From Candidatus Eiseniibacteriota bacterium (GTDB taxonomy: Bacteria; Eisenbacteria; RBG-16-71-46): DNA of 64,000 nt. Shown piece by piece: positions 10,049 to 22,957 of the stretch. A program made the position numbers and the translations under genes. The DNA is taken from positions 64,001 through 128,000 of the forward strand of contig CAVQXP010000001.1 in NCBI GenBank assembly GCA_963717935.1, given 5' to 3'. The notes beneath the pieces were generated by a model. It ran no database searches. It saw nothing but the letters and a program-made list of their open reading frames with translations, and was not told where the DNA came from. Positions within the stretch are counted from its first letter, which is position 1. The number at the start of each line of letters is the position of its first letter.

Positions 10049-10828
10049 CTACTGCGGGCGGCTCCCGGCGGCCAGCACGTCCTCGAGAGCATAGAGGCCC
10101 GGCCCGGCGCCCGCCACGAAGCGCGCCGCGGCCAGCGCCCCGTGCGCGAAGGCCAGACGGTCCTGCGCGACGTGCCGCAATTCGAGCCACTCCCCCTCGC
10201 CGGCGAGCAGGACCGTGTGGTCGCCGACCCAGCTCCCGCCGCGCACGGAGTGCACGCCGATCTCCCCCGCCGGACGGGGGCCCGTGCGTCCCTGCCCGCG
10301 ACCGAAGCGCGGCGCACCGCCTTCCCCACCCGGGCGGACGGCCGCGTCCGCGGCCAGCGCGAGCGCCGTGCCCGAGGGGCTGTCCACCTTCAGGCGATGG
10401 TGCCGCTCGACGATCTCGACATCCCAGCCGGGCGGCAGCGCCGCCAGCGCGGCCCGCAGCGCCCGGCGCAGCACGGCCACGCCGAGACTGAAGTTGGACC
10501 CGCGTACCACGGCCACGCGGCGCGCGGCGGAGCGCACCGCCTCGTCCTGCGCGGGGTCGAGCCCGGTCGTGCCCGAGACCAGGCCCGCCCCGCGCTCCGC
10601 GCACAGCGTGGCCAGCGCCGCGCAGACCGCCGGGTCGCTGAACTCGACCGCCACGTCCCCTGCCCCGAGCACCCCGGCTGCGTCCGCGGCCCAGCCCGCC
10701 ACGCCCGCCGGCTGGCTCGCCGCGCGGTCCACGCGCGCCTTGATGACGAACCCGGAGGTGCCCGCCACGGCCTGCTCGACCGCGCGTCCCATGCGCCCGG
10801 CGGCTCCGACCAGCACGAGCGGGATCAT
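10049..10828 (-). CDS. dapB: 4-hydroxy-tetrahydrodipicolinate reductase
   Basis: GAAGRMG, GTTG, NFSLG, EXHHRLKVDSPSGTA motifs. Confidence 0.95.
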   Translation of the reverse strand: MIPLVLVGAAGRMGRAVEQAVAGTSGFVIKARVDRAASQPAGVAGWAADAAGVLGAGDVAVEFSDPAVCAALATLCAERGAGLVSGTTGLDPAQDEAVRSAARRVAVVRGSNFSLGVAVLRRALRAALAALPPGWDVEIVERHHRLKVDSPSGTALALAADAAVRPGGEGGAPRFGRGQGRTGPRPAGEIGVHSVRGGSWVGDHTVLLAGEGEWLELRHVAQDRLAFAHGALAAARFVAGAGPGLYALEDVLAAGSRPQ

Positions 10829-11733
10829 GGCTGCCGCACCTTCGCCGGGGCGGGGGGAGTCGCCGCAAGCCGGACGGCGGCGGATTCCGCGGCCCCCAGG
10901 ATCGCCGTCCCGCTGGCGGGTTCGACCGGGACGAGCGGCAGCCGCAGCTCGTTCTCGATCAACCCCATGGCCGCGAGCAGGAACTTCACCGGCCCGGGGT
11001 TCGACTCGATGAAGAGCGCCTTGAAGAGCGGCAGCAACCTGCGATGGATCGCCCCGGCCTCCTGCATCCGCCCGGCACGGGCGTGATCGCAGAGCGCGCG
11101 CATCTCGCGCGGCGCCACGTTCCCGACCACCGACACCACGCCCACGGCCCCGACCGCGATCATCGGCAGGGTGAGCGAGTCGTCGCCGCACAGCAGCGTC
11201 AGGCTCGTGCGCGCGCGCACGGCGCTGGCCTGATCGAGCGAGCCCGAAGCCTCCTTGACGGCCACCACGTTGGGCAGGCCCTGCACCCGCTCGAGCGTCT
11301 CGGGCAGGGTGTTCGTCCCGGTCCGGCCGGGCACGTTGTAGAGGATGAGCGGCAGCCGCGTGCTCTTCGCCACCGCCGTGAAGTGCGCCACCTGGCCCCT
11401 GGGCGTGGGCTTGTTGTAGTAGGGGGTCACGATCATCGCCCCGTCGAGCCCGCTCTCCTCGGCGATCCGGGTGAGCGCGATGGTATCGGCGGTCGAGTTC
11501 GTGCCCGTGCCCGCCACGACCGGGATCCGCCCGCGCACGCGCTCCTTCGCGAAGCGCCACAGCGCGCGACGCTCCTCCACCGCACAGGTCGCCGCCTCCC
11601 CGGTCGAGCCCGAGAGCACAAGGCATTCCGTGCCACCTTCGATCAGGAACTCCACCAGCCGCGCGGTCGCCTCGTGGTCGAGGGCCCCGTCCTTGAACGG
11701 CGTCACCATCGCCACCGTGAGTCCTTCGAACAT
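10825..11733 (-). CDS. dapA: 4-hydroxy-tetrahydrodipicolinate synthase
   Basis: GSTGE, PYYNKP, YNVPGRT, VKEASG, SNPGPVK motifs. Confidence 0.96.
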   Translation of the reverse strand: MFEGLTVAMVTPFKDGALDHEATARLVEFLIEGGTECLVLSGSTGEAATCAVEERRALWRFAKERVRGRIPVVAGTGTNSTADTIALTRIAEESGLDGAMIVTPYYNKPTPRGQVAHFTAVAKSTRLPLILYNVPGRTGTNTLPETLERVQGLPNVVAVKEASGSLDQASAVRARTSLTLLCGDDSLTLPMIAVGAVGVVSVVGNVAPREMRALCDHARAGRMQEAGAIHRRLLPLFKALFIESNPGPVKFLLAAMGLIENELRLPLVPVEPASGTAILGAAESAAVRLAATPPAPAKVRQP

Positions 11734-11773
11734 GATGACCTCCGAAGCCTGCCCTGCCGGCCCGCGGCCAGCG

Positions 11774-12605
11774 CTACGGCTGCTCCCAGACGCCCGTGAA
11801 AGACACCTCGGCCGGGCCGGTGAGCCTCACGTCGTGACCGTCCACGACGGACTCGAACGATACCACCAGCGCGTCGCCTCCCGCGGTCAGGACCTCGACC
11901 GGGGAGCGCGCGCCCTCGCCCGCGACCCACAGGGCCGAAGCGATGGCCCCGCTCCCGCAGGCCAGCGTCTCGGCCTCGACCCCCCGCTCGTACGTGCGCA
12001 TGGCCACGCGCGCGCGGCCCGGCCCGCCCGCGGCGGAGACCCGGGCGACGAAGTCCACGTTGACGCCGGCCGGCGCGAAGCGCGCATGCCGCCGCAGCGC
12101 CGCGCCCCACTCCACGACCGGCACGGGACCGACCTGCGGCGACCTCGATGACGAAGTGCGGGACGCCGACGCGGAAGCCCCGGCCCGTGAACGCGCGCCC
12201 GGCCGCCTCGAGCGTCTCGGGGGCACCGGCGGCAGCCACCCGGCCGAAGTGCAGCTCGATCGCGCCACCCGGCGCGAGGCGGGCCTCCTGCACGCCCGCC
12301 TCGCTGCGGAAGCGCACGGAGCCGGCACGGCCCAGCCCGCGCTCGAGCGCGAAGCGCGCCAGGCAGCGCGCGCCGTTGCCGCAGAACTCGGCCCGGCCGC
12401 CGTCCGCGTTGTGGTAGCGCATGGCGAAATCCAGCTCCGGGTCGCGCTCGAGCAGGAGCACGCCGTCCGCGCCCACGCCGCGCCGGCGGTCGCAGAGCCG
12501 CCGCAGGAGCACGTCGGGCGGCTCGGGCAGGAACGGCTCGCGGTGGTCCACGACCACGAAGTCGTTGGCCGCGCCGTGCATCTTCACGAACGGGATCCCG
12601 GTCAC
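11774..12605 (-). CDS. dapF: diaminopimelate epimerase, split by a +1 frameshift near 12135-12142
   Basis: N-half KMHGAANDF/FCGNGARC/PHFV in one frame; C-half NVDFV/RTYERGVEAETLACGSGA in another. Confidence 0.88.
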
Positions 12606-13831
12606 AGGCCCTCGATCCAGCGCTTGAGCACCAGGCGCATGTCGTTGATCTCCTGCGCGGGCGTCAACTCGCAGTACATCACCTCGCTCGCGGGCTCGAC
12701 GTCCATCCGCCAGGCGCGGTTGCCGTCCGCGTCCCGCCAGGCGCGCACCCGCCACTTCCCGGGCTCCAGCTTGAGATCGAACGTCCCCTTGTCGTCCGGC
12801 TCCGCGAACACCCGGCGAGTGGAGTCCTCCTCGGAGACCGCGATCACGCGGAACACGCCGAGCGTATCCCCGGTGGGGTCCGTGACGATGCCGCGCACGC
12901 GCCCCGGGGCGCGCGGGTCCACGACGCGCACCATCAGATCCCGCGCGACCGCGTGCGCGGCCGTCAGCTCGAGGATCGTATCCGCCGGCGCGAGCACGTC
13001 CTTGTCGGGCTCGAACGAGCGGTTGCGGTTCAGGTCGGCGAAGGCCCACAGGCGGTAGCTTCCCGGTACCGGCAATCCGGGGATGCAGAAGCGCCCCTGC
13101 GCGTCGGCGAGGCCCAGGGCGTCGAAGTCGCGCGCCGTCGAATCGGGCGCCCGGCCGTCGCGATAGCACCACAGGTACGTGCCCGAGACATCGAAGCCCC
13201 GCGCCTCGATCACCCCCTCCAGCACGCCGGGCGGGAAGCTGTCTGCCGTGCTGAAGACGACGGTGAAACCCGCGGTCATCGCGTTCCCGTGGCGGTCGCG
13301 CGCCGACGGCCCCACGAAGAGCGTGTAGGTCTGGCTCGCGCGCAGCGGTTCCTCCAGCAGCAAGGTGAGCTCGCGGCCGTTCCAGCGGCGCTGGCGGATG
13401 TCCACGCGCGGAGCGAGCGAGACGGCCTCGCCCGTGGACCGCGGCTCCATGCCCTCGCTGAACGTCAGGGAGAGCCGCGCGTCCAGCGGCACGCGCGCCT
13501 TCCCCGAATCCGGCGCGGAGGACACCACCTGCGGCGGCACGAGGTCCGCCGGCCCCCCCGAAGGCGGCCCCTTGCGAGCGCAGCCAGTAAGGACGAGCAG
13601 CAGCGGCAGGACGCCAGCCGCCAAGGCGAGCAGCGGTCGTCCCGCCTCCGGCCTGCCGCGGCCGATGGCCGGAGGGCGACGTCCGCGCCGCCGCACAGCC
13701 AGGGATGGCGGAGCGGCGACAAGCGCGGAGGAGCGAGCGGTGCGCCAGGGACTGGCGCACCCGAGCGCTCGCCCGTGGGCCATCGGCCGCGGCAGGCCCC
13801 CCGCCAACAGCACGGTCTCGTCGCCGCTCAT
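12602..13831 (-). CDS. lipoprotein with SbsA/Big_5 Ig-like domain (start uncertain)
   Basis: LTGC-ARKGPPSGGP.D..PP, FSE.M, FST motifs; the ATG overlaps the xerC stop, but the true start may be nearer the lipobox. Confidence 0.75.
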   Translation of the reverse strand: MSGDETVLLAGGLPRPMAHGRALGCASPWRTARSSALVAAPPSLAVRRRGRRPPAIGRGRPEAGRPLLALAAGVLPLLLVLTGCARKGPPSGGPADLVPPQVVSSAPDSGKARVPLDARLSLTFSEGMEPRSTGEAVSLAPRVDIRQRRWNGRELTLLLEEPLRASQTYTLFVGPSARDRHGNAMTAGFTVVFSTADSFPPGVLEGVIEARGFDVSGTYLWCYRDGRAPDSTARDFDALGLADAQGRFCIPGLPVPGSYRLWAFADLNRNRSFEPDKDVLAPADTILELTAAHAVARDLMVRVVDPRAPGRVRGIVTDPTGDTLGVFRVIAVSEEDSTRRVFAEPDDKGTFDLKLEPGKWRVRAWRDADGNRAWRMDVEPASEVMYCELTPAQEINDMRLVLKRWIEGL

Positions 13832-14715
13832 CGCGCCCTCGGATGCGCCTGCTCGTAGGCCTGCAGGAGCCGGCTCCTCGAGACGTGCGTGTAGACCTGC
13901 GTCGTGGCCAGCGAGCGGTGCCCCAGCATCTCCTGGATCGCCCGCAGGTCGGCGCCCTGGTCCAGCATGTGACTGGCGAACGAGTGGCGCAGCGCGTGCG
14001 GCGTCACGCCAAGCCCACGCGCCACGTCCACCAGCCGGCGGCGCACCACGCGCTGCACCGTGCGGCCCGAGAGCCGCGCGCCCGAGGGACCCACGAAGAC
14101 CGGCTCGTCGCCGCGCACGGCCCGCGGGCGGGCGGCGAGGTAGCCCTCGAGGGCGCGCAGCGCCCCGGCCCCGACCGGCACGATGCGCTCGCGCCGGCCC
14201 TTGCCCCGCACGCGCACCAGCCCCGCTCCGCGGTCCACGTCGCCCCGGTTGAGCCCCACCAGTTCCGAGAGCCGCAGCCCCGAGGAATACGCCAGCTCCA
14301 GCAGGGCGCGGTCGCGCGGGGCCGTCCGGTCGTCCGCCGCGGCCAGCCGGTCGAGCGCCAGCTTCAGATCCGCCGCCGGGAGCGTGCGCGGCAGCCGCTT
14401 CGGCAGGCGCGGGAACGGGATCGCCCGCGCCGGATCCAGCGCGATCAGACCTCGTCGCACGCAGAAGCGCGAGAAGCTGCGCCAGGCGGCCAGCGCGCGC
14501 GCCGCGCTCGCCGCCGAGTGGTGCGTCAGGTAGAGCCCGTGCAGGGCGCGCTCGAGCAACTCGCGCGTCCACAGCCCGGGCGACACCGGGCGGCCAGCGC
14601 CCGCGGCAAGGTCCAGCACGCCCACGATGTCGCGCCGGTACGCCGCCATCGTGTGGCGGGAGGCGCGGCGCTGTGCGCCCAGCTCGCTCAGGAACGCTTC
14701 GAGCGCGTCACGCAC
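13828..14715 (-). CDS. xerC: tyrosine recombinase XerC
   Basis: RDRALLELAYSSGLRLSEL, GKG..ER, HALRHSFASH, IQEMLGH, TTQVYTH, HPRA; downstream of topA. Confidence 0.9.
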   Translation of the reverse strand: MRDALEAFLSELGAQRRASRHTMAAYRRDIVGVLDLAAGAGRPVSPGLWTRELLERALHGLYLTHHSAASAARALAAWRSFSRFCVRRGLIALDPARAIPFPRLPKRLPRTLPAADLKLALDRLAAADDRTAPRDRALLELAYSSGLRLSELVGLNRGDVDRGAGLVRVRGKGRRERIVPVGAGALRALEGYLAARPRAVRGDEPVFVGPSGARLSGRTVQRVVRRRLVDVARGLGVTPHALRHSFASHMLDQGADLRAIQEMLGHRSLATTQVYTHVSRSRLLQAYEQAHPRAR

Positions 14716-17263
14716 CGACGGGCTCCGGCGCGGACCGATAACCGCAGCCGGGCTTCGCACACCGCAGCGTGCGCCCCTGACGGTTGAGCTTCTCCAGCAG
14801 GAACGGCGTGCCGCAGCTCGGGCAGGGCACGGGAACCGGCCGGTCCCACACCGCATGGTCGCACTTCGGGTAGCGCGAACACCCGTAGAACACCTTGCCG
14901 CGCCGGCTGCGCTTCTCGGCCAGCTCGCCCTCGCCGCACTGGGGACAGGGGATCCCGAGCGTCGGCTTCTTCGTGAAGTCGCACTCCGGCCGGCGCAAGC
15001 AGGAGATGTAGCGGCCGAACGGCCCGGAGCGGGCCACCAGCCCGGCGCCGCACTTCGGACACGCGCCCTCCACCGGCACCGGCGGCTCGGGCGGCTCCAG
15101 CGGCTCCGTGTACTTGCACTTCGGGTAGCCCGAGCAGGCGCGGTACGCGCCGCGCCGGTTGAAGCGCATCCGCAGCGGTTTGCCGCATTCCGGGCAGGTC
15201 TTGTCGGTGAGTTCGCCGCCAGTCGAAGGCGCCTTGCCCGACTTCTCCAGGTCGAGCACGAACGGCTCCCAGAAGTCGCGCACCACCTTGTGCCACTCCT
15301 GGCGGCCCTCCTCGACCTCGTCGAGCTCGTCTTCCATCCTCGAGGTGAAATCCACGTTGAAGATGTCCGGGAAGCTCCCGACCAGGGCCCGGTTCACCGC
15401 CAGCCCCAGGTCGCTGGGCACGAGCCGGCCCTTGTCGCGCGCGACGTACTCCCGCGAGGTGATGGTGCCGACGATGGTGGCATAGGTGCTGGGACGGCCG
15501 ATGCCCTGCTCCTCGAGCGTCTTGACCAGCGAGGCTTCGCTGTAGCGCGGCGGCGGCTGCGTGAAGTGCTGCTCGGGCCGCACGGGTGCGGCGTCCGCGC
15601 GGATGGCCTCGCGCGCGACGGCGACCGGGAGCCCGGCCGTGAGCTCGGGCAGGCTCGAGCCGTTCTCCTCGTCCTCCTCGTCGAGCCCGTAGAGCTTCTG
15701 GAAGCCCGCGAACTTGAGCACGCGTCCGGTGGCCCGCAGCCCCAGCCGGCCCGAGACGACCTCGGCCGTCGTGGCCAGGTACTCGGCCGACGAAGCCTGC
15801 GAGGCCACCGCCCGCTTCCAGATCAGGTCGTAGAGCTTGTACTGCTCCTCGCTCAACTCCCCCCGCAGTGAGTCGGGGGTGCGCTCGACCGCGGTCGGGC
15901 GGATCGCCTCGTGCGCGTCCTGGGCGCTCTTCTTGCCGCGGAACTGCCGCGGGCTCTCCGGCACGTAATCCGGCCCCAGGGCGCGCTTCAGCCACTCGCG
16001 CATCTCGGAGATGGCCTCGCCCGCGAGACGCGGCGAGTCGGTGCGCATGTAGGTGATGAGGCCCACGCCCGCCACGCCCTCGTAGAGTTGCTGCGCGATC
16101 TTCATGGTGCGCTGGGCGGTGAAGCCGAGCCGGTTGAAGGCGGCCTGCTGCAGCGTGCTGGTGATGAAGGGCGCCCGCGGGTGCACCTGGCGCGGCTGGG
16201 TCTCGACCGCGGCCACCCTCGCCGGCGCGCCGGCCAGTTCCGCCGCCAGCGCCTGCATCCGCTCGCCCGCGCCGGGCCCGCGCAGCTGCTGCTGCTCGAG
16301 TTCCTCCTCCCCCACGCGCACCAGGCGCGCGGTGAAGCGGGCTGGGGCGCCGCCGGCCTCGGGTTCCGCCGTCTGGAAGTCGGCCTCGAGCGTCCAGTAC
16401 TCCTCCGGCTGGAAGGCGCGGATCTCCTCCTCGCGCTCGCAGACGAGCCGCAGCGCCACGCTCTGGACGCGCCCGGCACTCAGGCCGAAATAGAAGCGCT
16501 TCCACAGGAACGGGCTCACCTTGTAGCCCACCAGGCGGTCGAGCACGCGCCGCGCCTGCTGCGCATTCACCAGGTTCAAGTCGATCGCGCGCGACTCCTT
16601 CAGGGCCTGCTTCACGGCGCGCTCGGTGATCTCGTTGAACGTGAGCCGCTCGACCGGGCTTTCCACGGACTTGAGCGCGCCGGCGAGGTGCCAGGCGATG
16701 GCCTCGCCCTCGCGGTCCGGGTCGGGTGCCAGATAGATGCGTCCGGCGACCTTCGCCGCGGCGCGGATCCTGGCGAGCACCTTCGCCTTGGCCGGCAGTG
16801 GCACGTAGGTGGGCTCGAAGTCATTCTCGACGTCCACGCCGAGGTCGCGCTTGGGCAGGTCCATGATGTGGCCATTCGACGCCAGCACCGTGAACCCGCG
16901 GCCCAGGAACTTGGTGAGCGTGCGGCTCTTGGTCGGGGACTCGACGATGACCAGCGCCTTGCCGGCGGCCGGCGCCTTCGCCACGGCCACCTTCGCGGTC
17001 GCCCCGGCGGTGGCCTTCGTCCGCGGCTTCCTGGCGGCCGGCGTGGCGGGCGTCTTCGCCCGCGGCTTCCTGGCGGCCGGCGCGGCGGGCGTCTTCGCCC
17101 GCGGCTTCCTGGCGGCCGGCGCGGCATCGCGCGTCTTCGCCAGAGCGCGGGGGCTCGCGCCTGCGGCGCGTGGCCGCTTCGCGGGCGCCGCGGCGCTGCC
17201 CGCCGTACCGCCGGCTTCCGAAACCGTCTTCTTCTTATTAGTGCGCGACGTCGAGGTCACCAT
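14708..17263 (-). CDS. topA: DNA topoisomerase I with N-terminal basic repeats and four C-terminal Zn ribbons
   Basis: IVESPTK, DPDREGE, SAGRVQS, LITYMRTDS, AHEAIRPT, GIGRPSTYA motifs. Confidence 0.96.
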   Translation of the reverse strand: MVTSTSRTNKKKTVSEAGGTAGSAAAPAKRPRAAGASPRALAKTRDAAPAARKPRAKTPAAPAARKPRAKTPATPAARKPRTKATAGATAKVAVAKAPAAGKALVIVESPTKSRTLTKFLGRGFTVLASNGHIMDLPKRDLGVDVENDFEPTYVPLPAKAKVLARIRAAAKVAGRIYLAPDPDREGEAIAWHLAGALKSVESPVERLTFNEITERAVKQALKESRAIDLNLVNAQQARRVLDRLVGYKVSPFLWKRFYFGLSAGRVQSVALRLVCEREEEIRAFQPEEYWTLEADFQTAEPEAGGAPARFTARLVRVGEEELEQQQLRGPGAGERMQALAAELAGAPARVAAVETQPRQVHPRAPFITSTLQQAAFNRLGFTAQRTMKIAQQLYEGVAGVGLITYMRTDSPRLAGEAISEMREWLKRALGPDYVPESPRQFRGKKSAQDAHEAIRPTAVERTPDSLRGELSEEQYKLYDLIWKRAVASQASSAEYLATTAEVVSGRLGLRATGRVLKFAGFQKLYGLDEEDEENGSSLPELTAGLPVAVAREAIRADAAPVRPEQHFTQPPPRYSEASLVKTLEEQGIGRPSTYATIVGTITSREYVARDKGRLVPSDLGLAVNRALVGSFPDIFNVDFTSRMEDELDEVEEGRQEWHKVVRDFWEPFVLDLEKSGKAPSTGGELTDKTCPECGKPLRMRFNRRGAYRACSGYPKCKYTEPLEPPEPPVPVEGACPKCGAGLVARSGPFGRYISCLRRPECDFTKKPTLGIPCPQCGEGELAEKRSRRGKVFYGCSRYPKCDHAVWDRPVPVPCPSCGTPFLLEKLNRQGRTLRCAKPGCGYRSAPEPVGA
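17021..17140. repeat. 3 x 39-bp in-frame tandem repeat (13-aa PAARKPRAKTPAx) in topA 5' end
   Basis: ccgcggcttcctggcggccggcg(t/c)ggcgggcgtcttcgc units at 17021, 17060 and 17099 (last degenerate). Confidence 0.9.
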
Positions 17264-17740
17264 ACGGGATCTCACCGGAGGCCTCCGGGTCCAGTTGCAG
17301 CACGACGCTCGCGGCCGCCTCGCGAGCCATCGCCAGGCTCACCGGGTGCATGCCGCTGCCCGCGAGCAGGTCCACCACGCGTTCGAATTGCCCCGCGTCC
17401 AGCGTGCCCCTGCGCCGAAGGTCCAGCAGGTAGCCCCAGGCATCCGGGCCGAGCGACTCGCGCTCCTCGGCGCTCAGCACGCGCTGGACGTGCGTCACCG
17501 GCGCGGCCGCGCCCGCCGCCGACAGCAGGTCCGGCACGGCCGGCACGCCGTTCCACGAGACGTACTCGAGCGAGCGCAGCACCCAGGCCGTGGCGAGCAG
17601 ATCGTCGGCGGTGAGGTCGGGGTCCTGCAGCGCCGCGCCCAGCGCGTCGAGCGCCAGCGCGTCGCCCTCGACGTAGCGCTCCAGACGCTCGGCCAGCAGG
17701 GCCAGCACCTGGCGCACGCGATCCGTCGGGCGCTCGTCGT

Positions 17741-17744
<4 letters not shown>
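17238..17744 (-). CDS. smg: DUF494/Smg family protein
   Basis: [22 protein letters not shown]....Q.ERV pattern; typical position upstream of topA. Confidence 0.75.
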
Positions 17745-20767
<3,023 letters not shown>

Positions 20768-20890
20768 GGATGGCAGAATAGTAGTTCTGTCAAGCGAACG
20801 CGAATCGCCGGGCCAGGGCGCGCCCGCCGTACGACGGCTGCGGCCCGGTGCCAGGGGCACCGGGCCGCGCGGACTTCGAGCACCGCAGAA

Positions 20891-21094
20891 CTAGATCAGC
20901 CTCGTGACGTGAGCGGCCTCGGCACCCCGTTCGCTGGTCCGGACCTCAAACTCCACCTGCTCACCGACCTGGAGTGTCCGAAACCCGTGGCCCTCGATGG
21001 AGGAGTGATGAACGAACACTTCCGCTTCTCCTTCCGCCGCGATGAAACCATACCCCTTGTGGTCGCTGAACCATTTGACGGTACCACGCGCCAT
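20891..21094 (-). CDS. cold-shock domain protein
   Basis: GTVKWF...KGYGFI...VFVHHS RNP motifs; GAGGAG SD. Confidence 0.95.
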   Translation of the reverse strand: MARGTVKWFSDHKGYGFIAAEGEAEVFVHHSSIEGHGFRTLQVGEQVEFEVRTSERGAEAAHVTRLI

Positions 21095-21147
21095 GGGTGG
21101 TGCTCCTCTCTCTGGGAGAGTCCTGCCCCGGCTCGAAGTCGAAGGAC

Positions 21148-21197
21148 ACATTGGCCCCGCGCGCGGGGCCAGTCAAGGGTCATTGTGCGTCGCAATG
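21148..21197 (-). promoter_or_regulatory. csp promoter with palindromic spacer and adjacent operator-like dyad
   Basis: TTGACT-N17-CAATGT; perfect 20-bp palindrome 21152-21171; imperfect dyad CATTGTGCGTCGCAATG 21181-21197. Confidence 0.5.
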
Positions 21198-21256
21198 GCG
21201 CGCCCGTCCGGAGCCGGACGTGGCACGCCACGCAGGAACAGCGAGCGCACGCCGCG

Positions 21257-22198
21257 TCAGGCGTCTTCGCACGCCCGGTCGGCGCTGGCCGATCGGCGCC
21301 CGCGCGATGTCCAGCGTTCGTGAAGCTCGAGCGCCTCGGAGTGCGCGGGGTCGCGCTGCAGCACCAGTGCCACCTGCTCGCCCGCCTGCGCCAGCGCGCC
21401 CACGCAATCGAGCGCGCGCGCGAACTGCAGGCGCGCCGCGTGGAACTCGGGGTTCAGCTCGAGAGCGCGCGCCAGGGCCGAGAGCGCGTCGTCGAAATGC
21501 CCGAGTCGCAACTCGGCCGAGCCCAGCAGGTAGTGCAGGTCCGGCCAGCCCTCCCGCCCCGGCAGGGCCGCCTGCAGCAACCCGACCGCCTGCGCGGCGT
21601 CGCCCGCTTCGAGCAGCGCGCGGGCGCGCTCGAGGGCGCCACCTTCCGCCGGTTCGTCCAGCGCGAGCGCGCCCGCGAAGAGCGGGCCCGCCTCCTCCCA
21701 GTCGGCTCGCTCGAGACTCTCCAGGCCCTGCTGGAACGCCAGGGGCCGCCTGACCTCGGTCTCGCGCGCCAGCGCGCGCAGGGACTCGAGGGCCTCGCCG
21801 ATGAACCCCTCGGCCGCGTCGAGCAACGCTCGCTCGAGCCGGGCCGCCGTGTAGCGCGGATTGAGCGCCAGCGCCCGCTCGAGCTCGCGGCGCGCCTCGG
21901 GCCGGCGCTGGAGCTGGAGCAGCAGCCGCGCCCGCCGGTAGTGGAGGTCCGGGTACTCGGGCCGAAAGCGCAGCGCCCCCTCGAGCGCCGCGGCCGCCTG
22001 CGCGGGGTCGCCCGCGGCCTCGGCCAGGCGTGCGACGTGGGCCAGGGCGTCGGCCGCCGCCACCTGGCGCACCAGCGGCAGCGTCCCCTCGCGCGCCAGG
22101 CGTTCGACCTGCTCGATGGCCTGCGCATGGCGGCCCGCGCGCGCGGCGCGGACCGCGTCGGTGAACTCGGACTCCGGGGCCGGGATGGGACGCGTCAC
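21257..22198 (-). CDS. tetratricopeptide repeat protein
   Basis: repeated YPDLHY/ALALNP.Y..A TPR motifs. Confidence 0.85.
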   Translation of the reverse strand: MTRPIPAPESEFTDAVRAARAGRHAQAIEQVERLAREGTLPLVRQVAAADALAHVARLAEAAGDPAQAAAALEGALRFRPEYPDLHYRRARLLLQLQRRPEARRELERALALNPRYTAARLERALLDAAEGFIGEALESLRALARETEVRRPLAFQQGLESLERADWEEAGPLFAGALALDEPAEGGALERARALLEAGDAAQAVGLLQAALPGREGWPDLHYLLGSAELRLGHFDDALSALARALELNPEFHAARLQFARALDCVGALAQAGEQVALVLQRDPAHSEALELHERWTSRGRRSASADRACEDA

Positions 22199-22848
22199 AG
22201 GGGACTCCAGAGCAGGCGCATGGCGTAGCCCGCCATGAGGGTCATGGCGAGGTTGTCGTCCAGAGGTATCGGCAGGAGCTCGGCCAGACTTGCGACCAGT
22301 GCTCCAGCCAGCAGCACGCTCCACGGGAGGTATCCGGTGGCCGCCAGGAACGCCGCCCACACGAGGCACGCCGCAAGCCCGCCCAGCGCACCTTCGAGCG
22401 TCTTGCGGAAGACACGCCTCCGGCCCCAGGCCTTGCCGACGATGGCAGCGAAGGCGTCGCCCAGCACCGTGAACCCCAGCGCCGCGGCGGCCACCGGGCG
22501 CGGAAAGATGTCCACCGCCAGCAACGCCGCGATCAGCAGGTAGGTCGAACCCAGCAGGCCCAGGTCCTCGTGCTCGCGCAGCATGCCGCCGAGGAAGTCG
22601 CGGAACAGCCGCTTCACGCGCTGCTCCTGCAGCCGGAGCACATCGAGCGCCAGCGCCCCGAACGCCAGCACCAGGAGCAGCAGCGTCCACTGGGCGCGCC
22701 CGCGCGGCCACGGCAGGACCTCGAAGAGCAGGTCGAGCGGCAGGACGAGGAAGCACAGGTGGATGGCCTTGCGCCGCAGCTCGGAGAGGAACGACGGCGA
22801 GCGCAGCGCGGCGAGCGGATCGGTCAGAGGCGTGGGGCCCGGTGGCAT
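22195..22848 (-). CDS. phytol/dolichol kinase (CTP-dependent) family membrane protein
   Basis: ELRRKAIH, LREHE, GD.FAAIVG, KTLEG, DDNL motifs. Confidence 0.85.
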   Translation of the reverse strand: MPPGPTPLTDPLAALRSPSFLSELRRKAIHLCFLVLPLDLLFEVLPWPRGRAQWTLLLLVLAFGALALDVLRLQEQRVKRLFRDFLGGMLREHEDLGLLGSTYLLIAALLAVDIFPRPVAAAALGFTVLGDAFAAIVGKAWGRRRVFRKTLEGALGGLAACLVWAAFLAATGYLPWSVLLAGALVASLAELLPIPLDDNLAMTLMAGYAMRLLWSPL

Positions 22849-22957
22849 CACGGGATCGAAACTAGCAGAAGCACGGGGCAAGGTGGCGCGAGAAACCGCG
22901 GCAGCACACGGACCACGGTCAGGGTCCCGGCGGCCGACGACGCCCCCGCGTCCTTCC

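Noticed and set aside
2157..14715. Two tyrosine recombinases as prophage or island integrases
   Set aside because: Motifs and core-gene context (uvrC, topA) identify chromosomal XerD and XerC; no dif site recognised in the window
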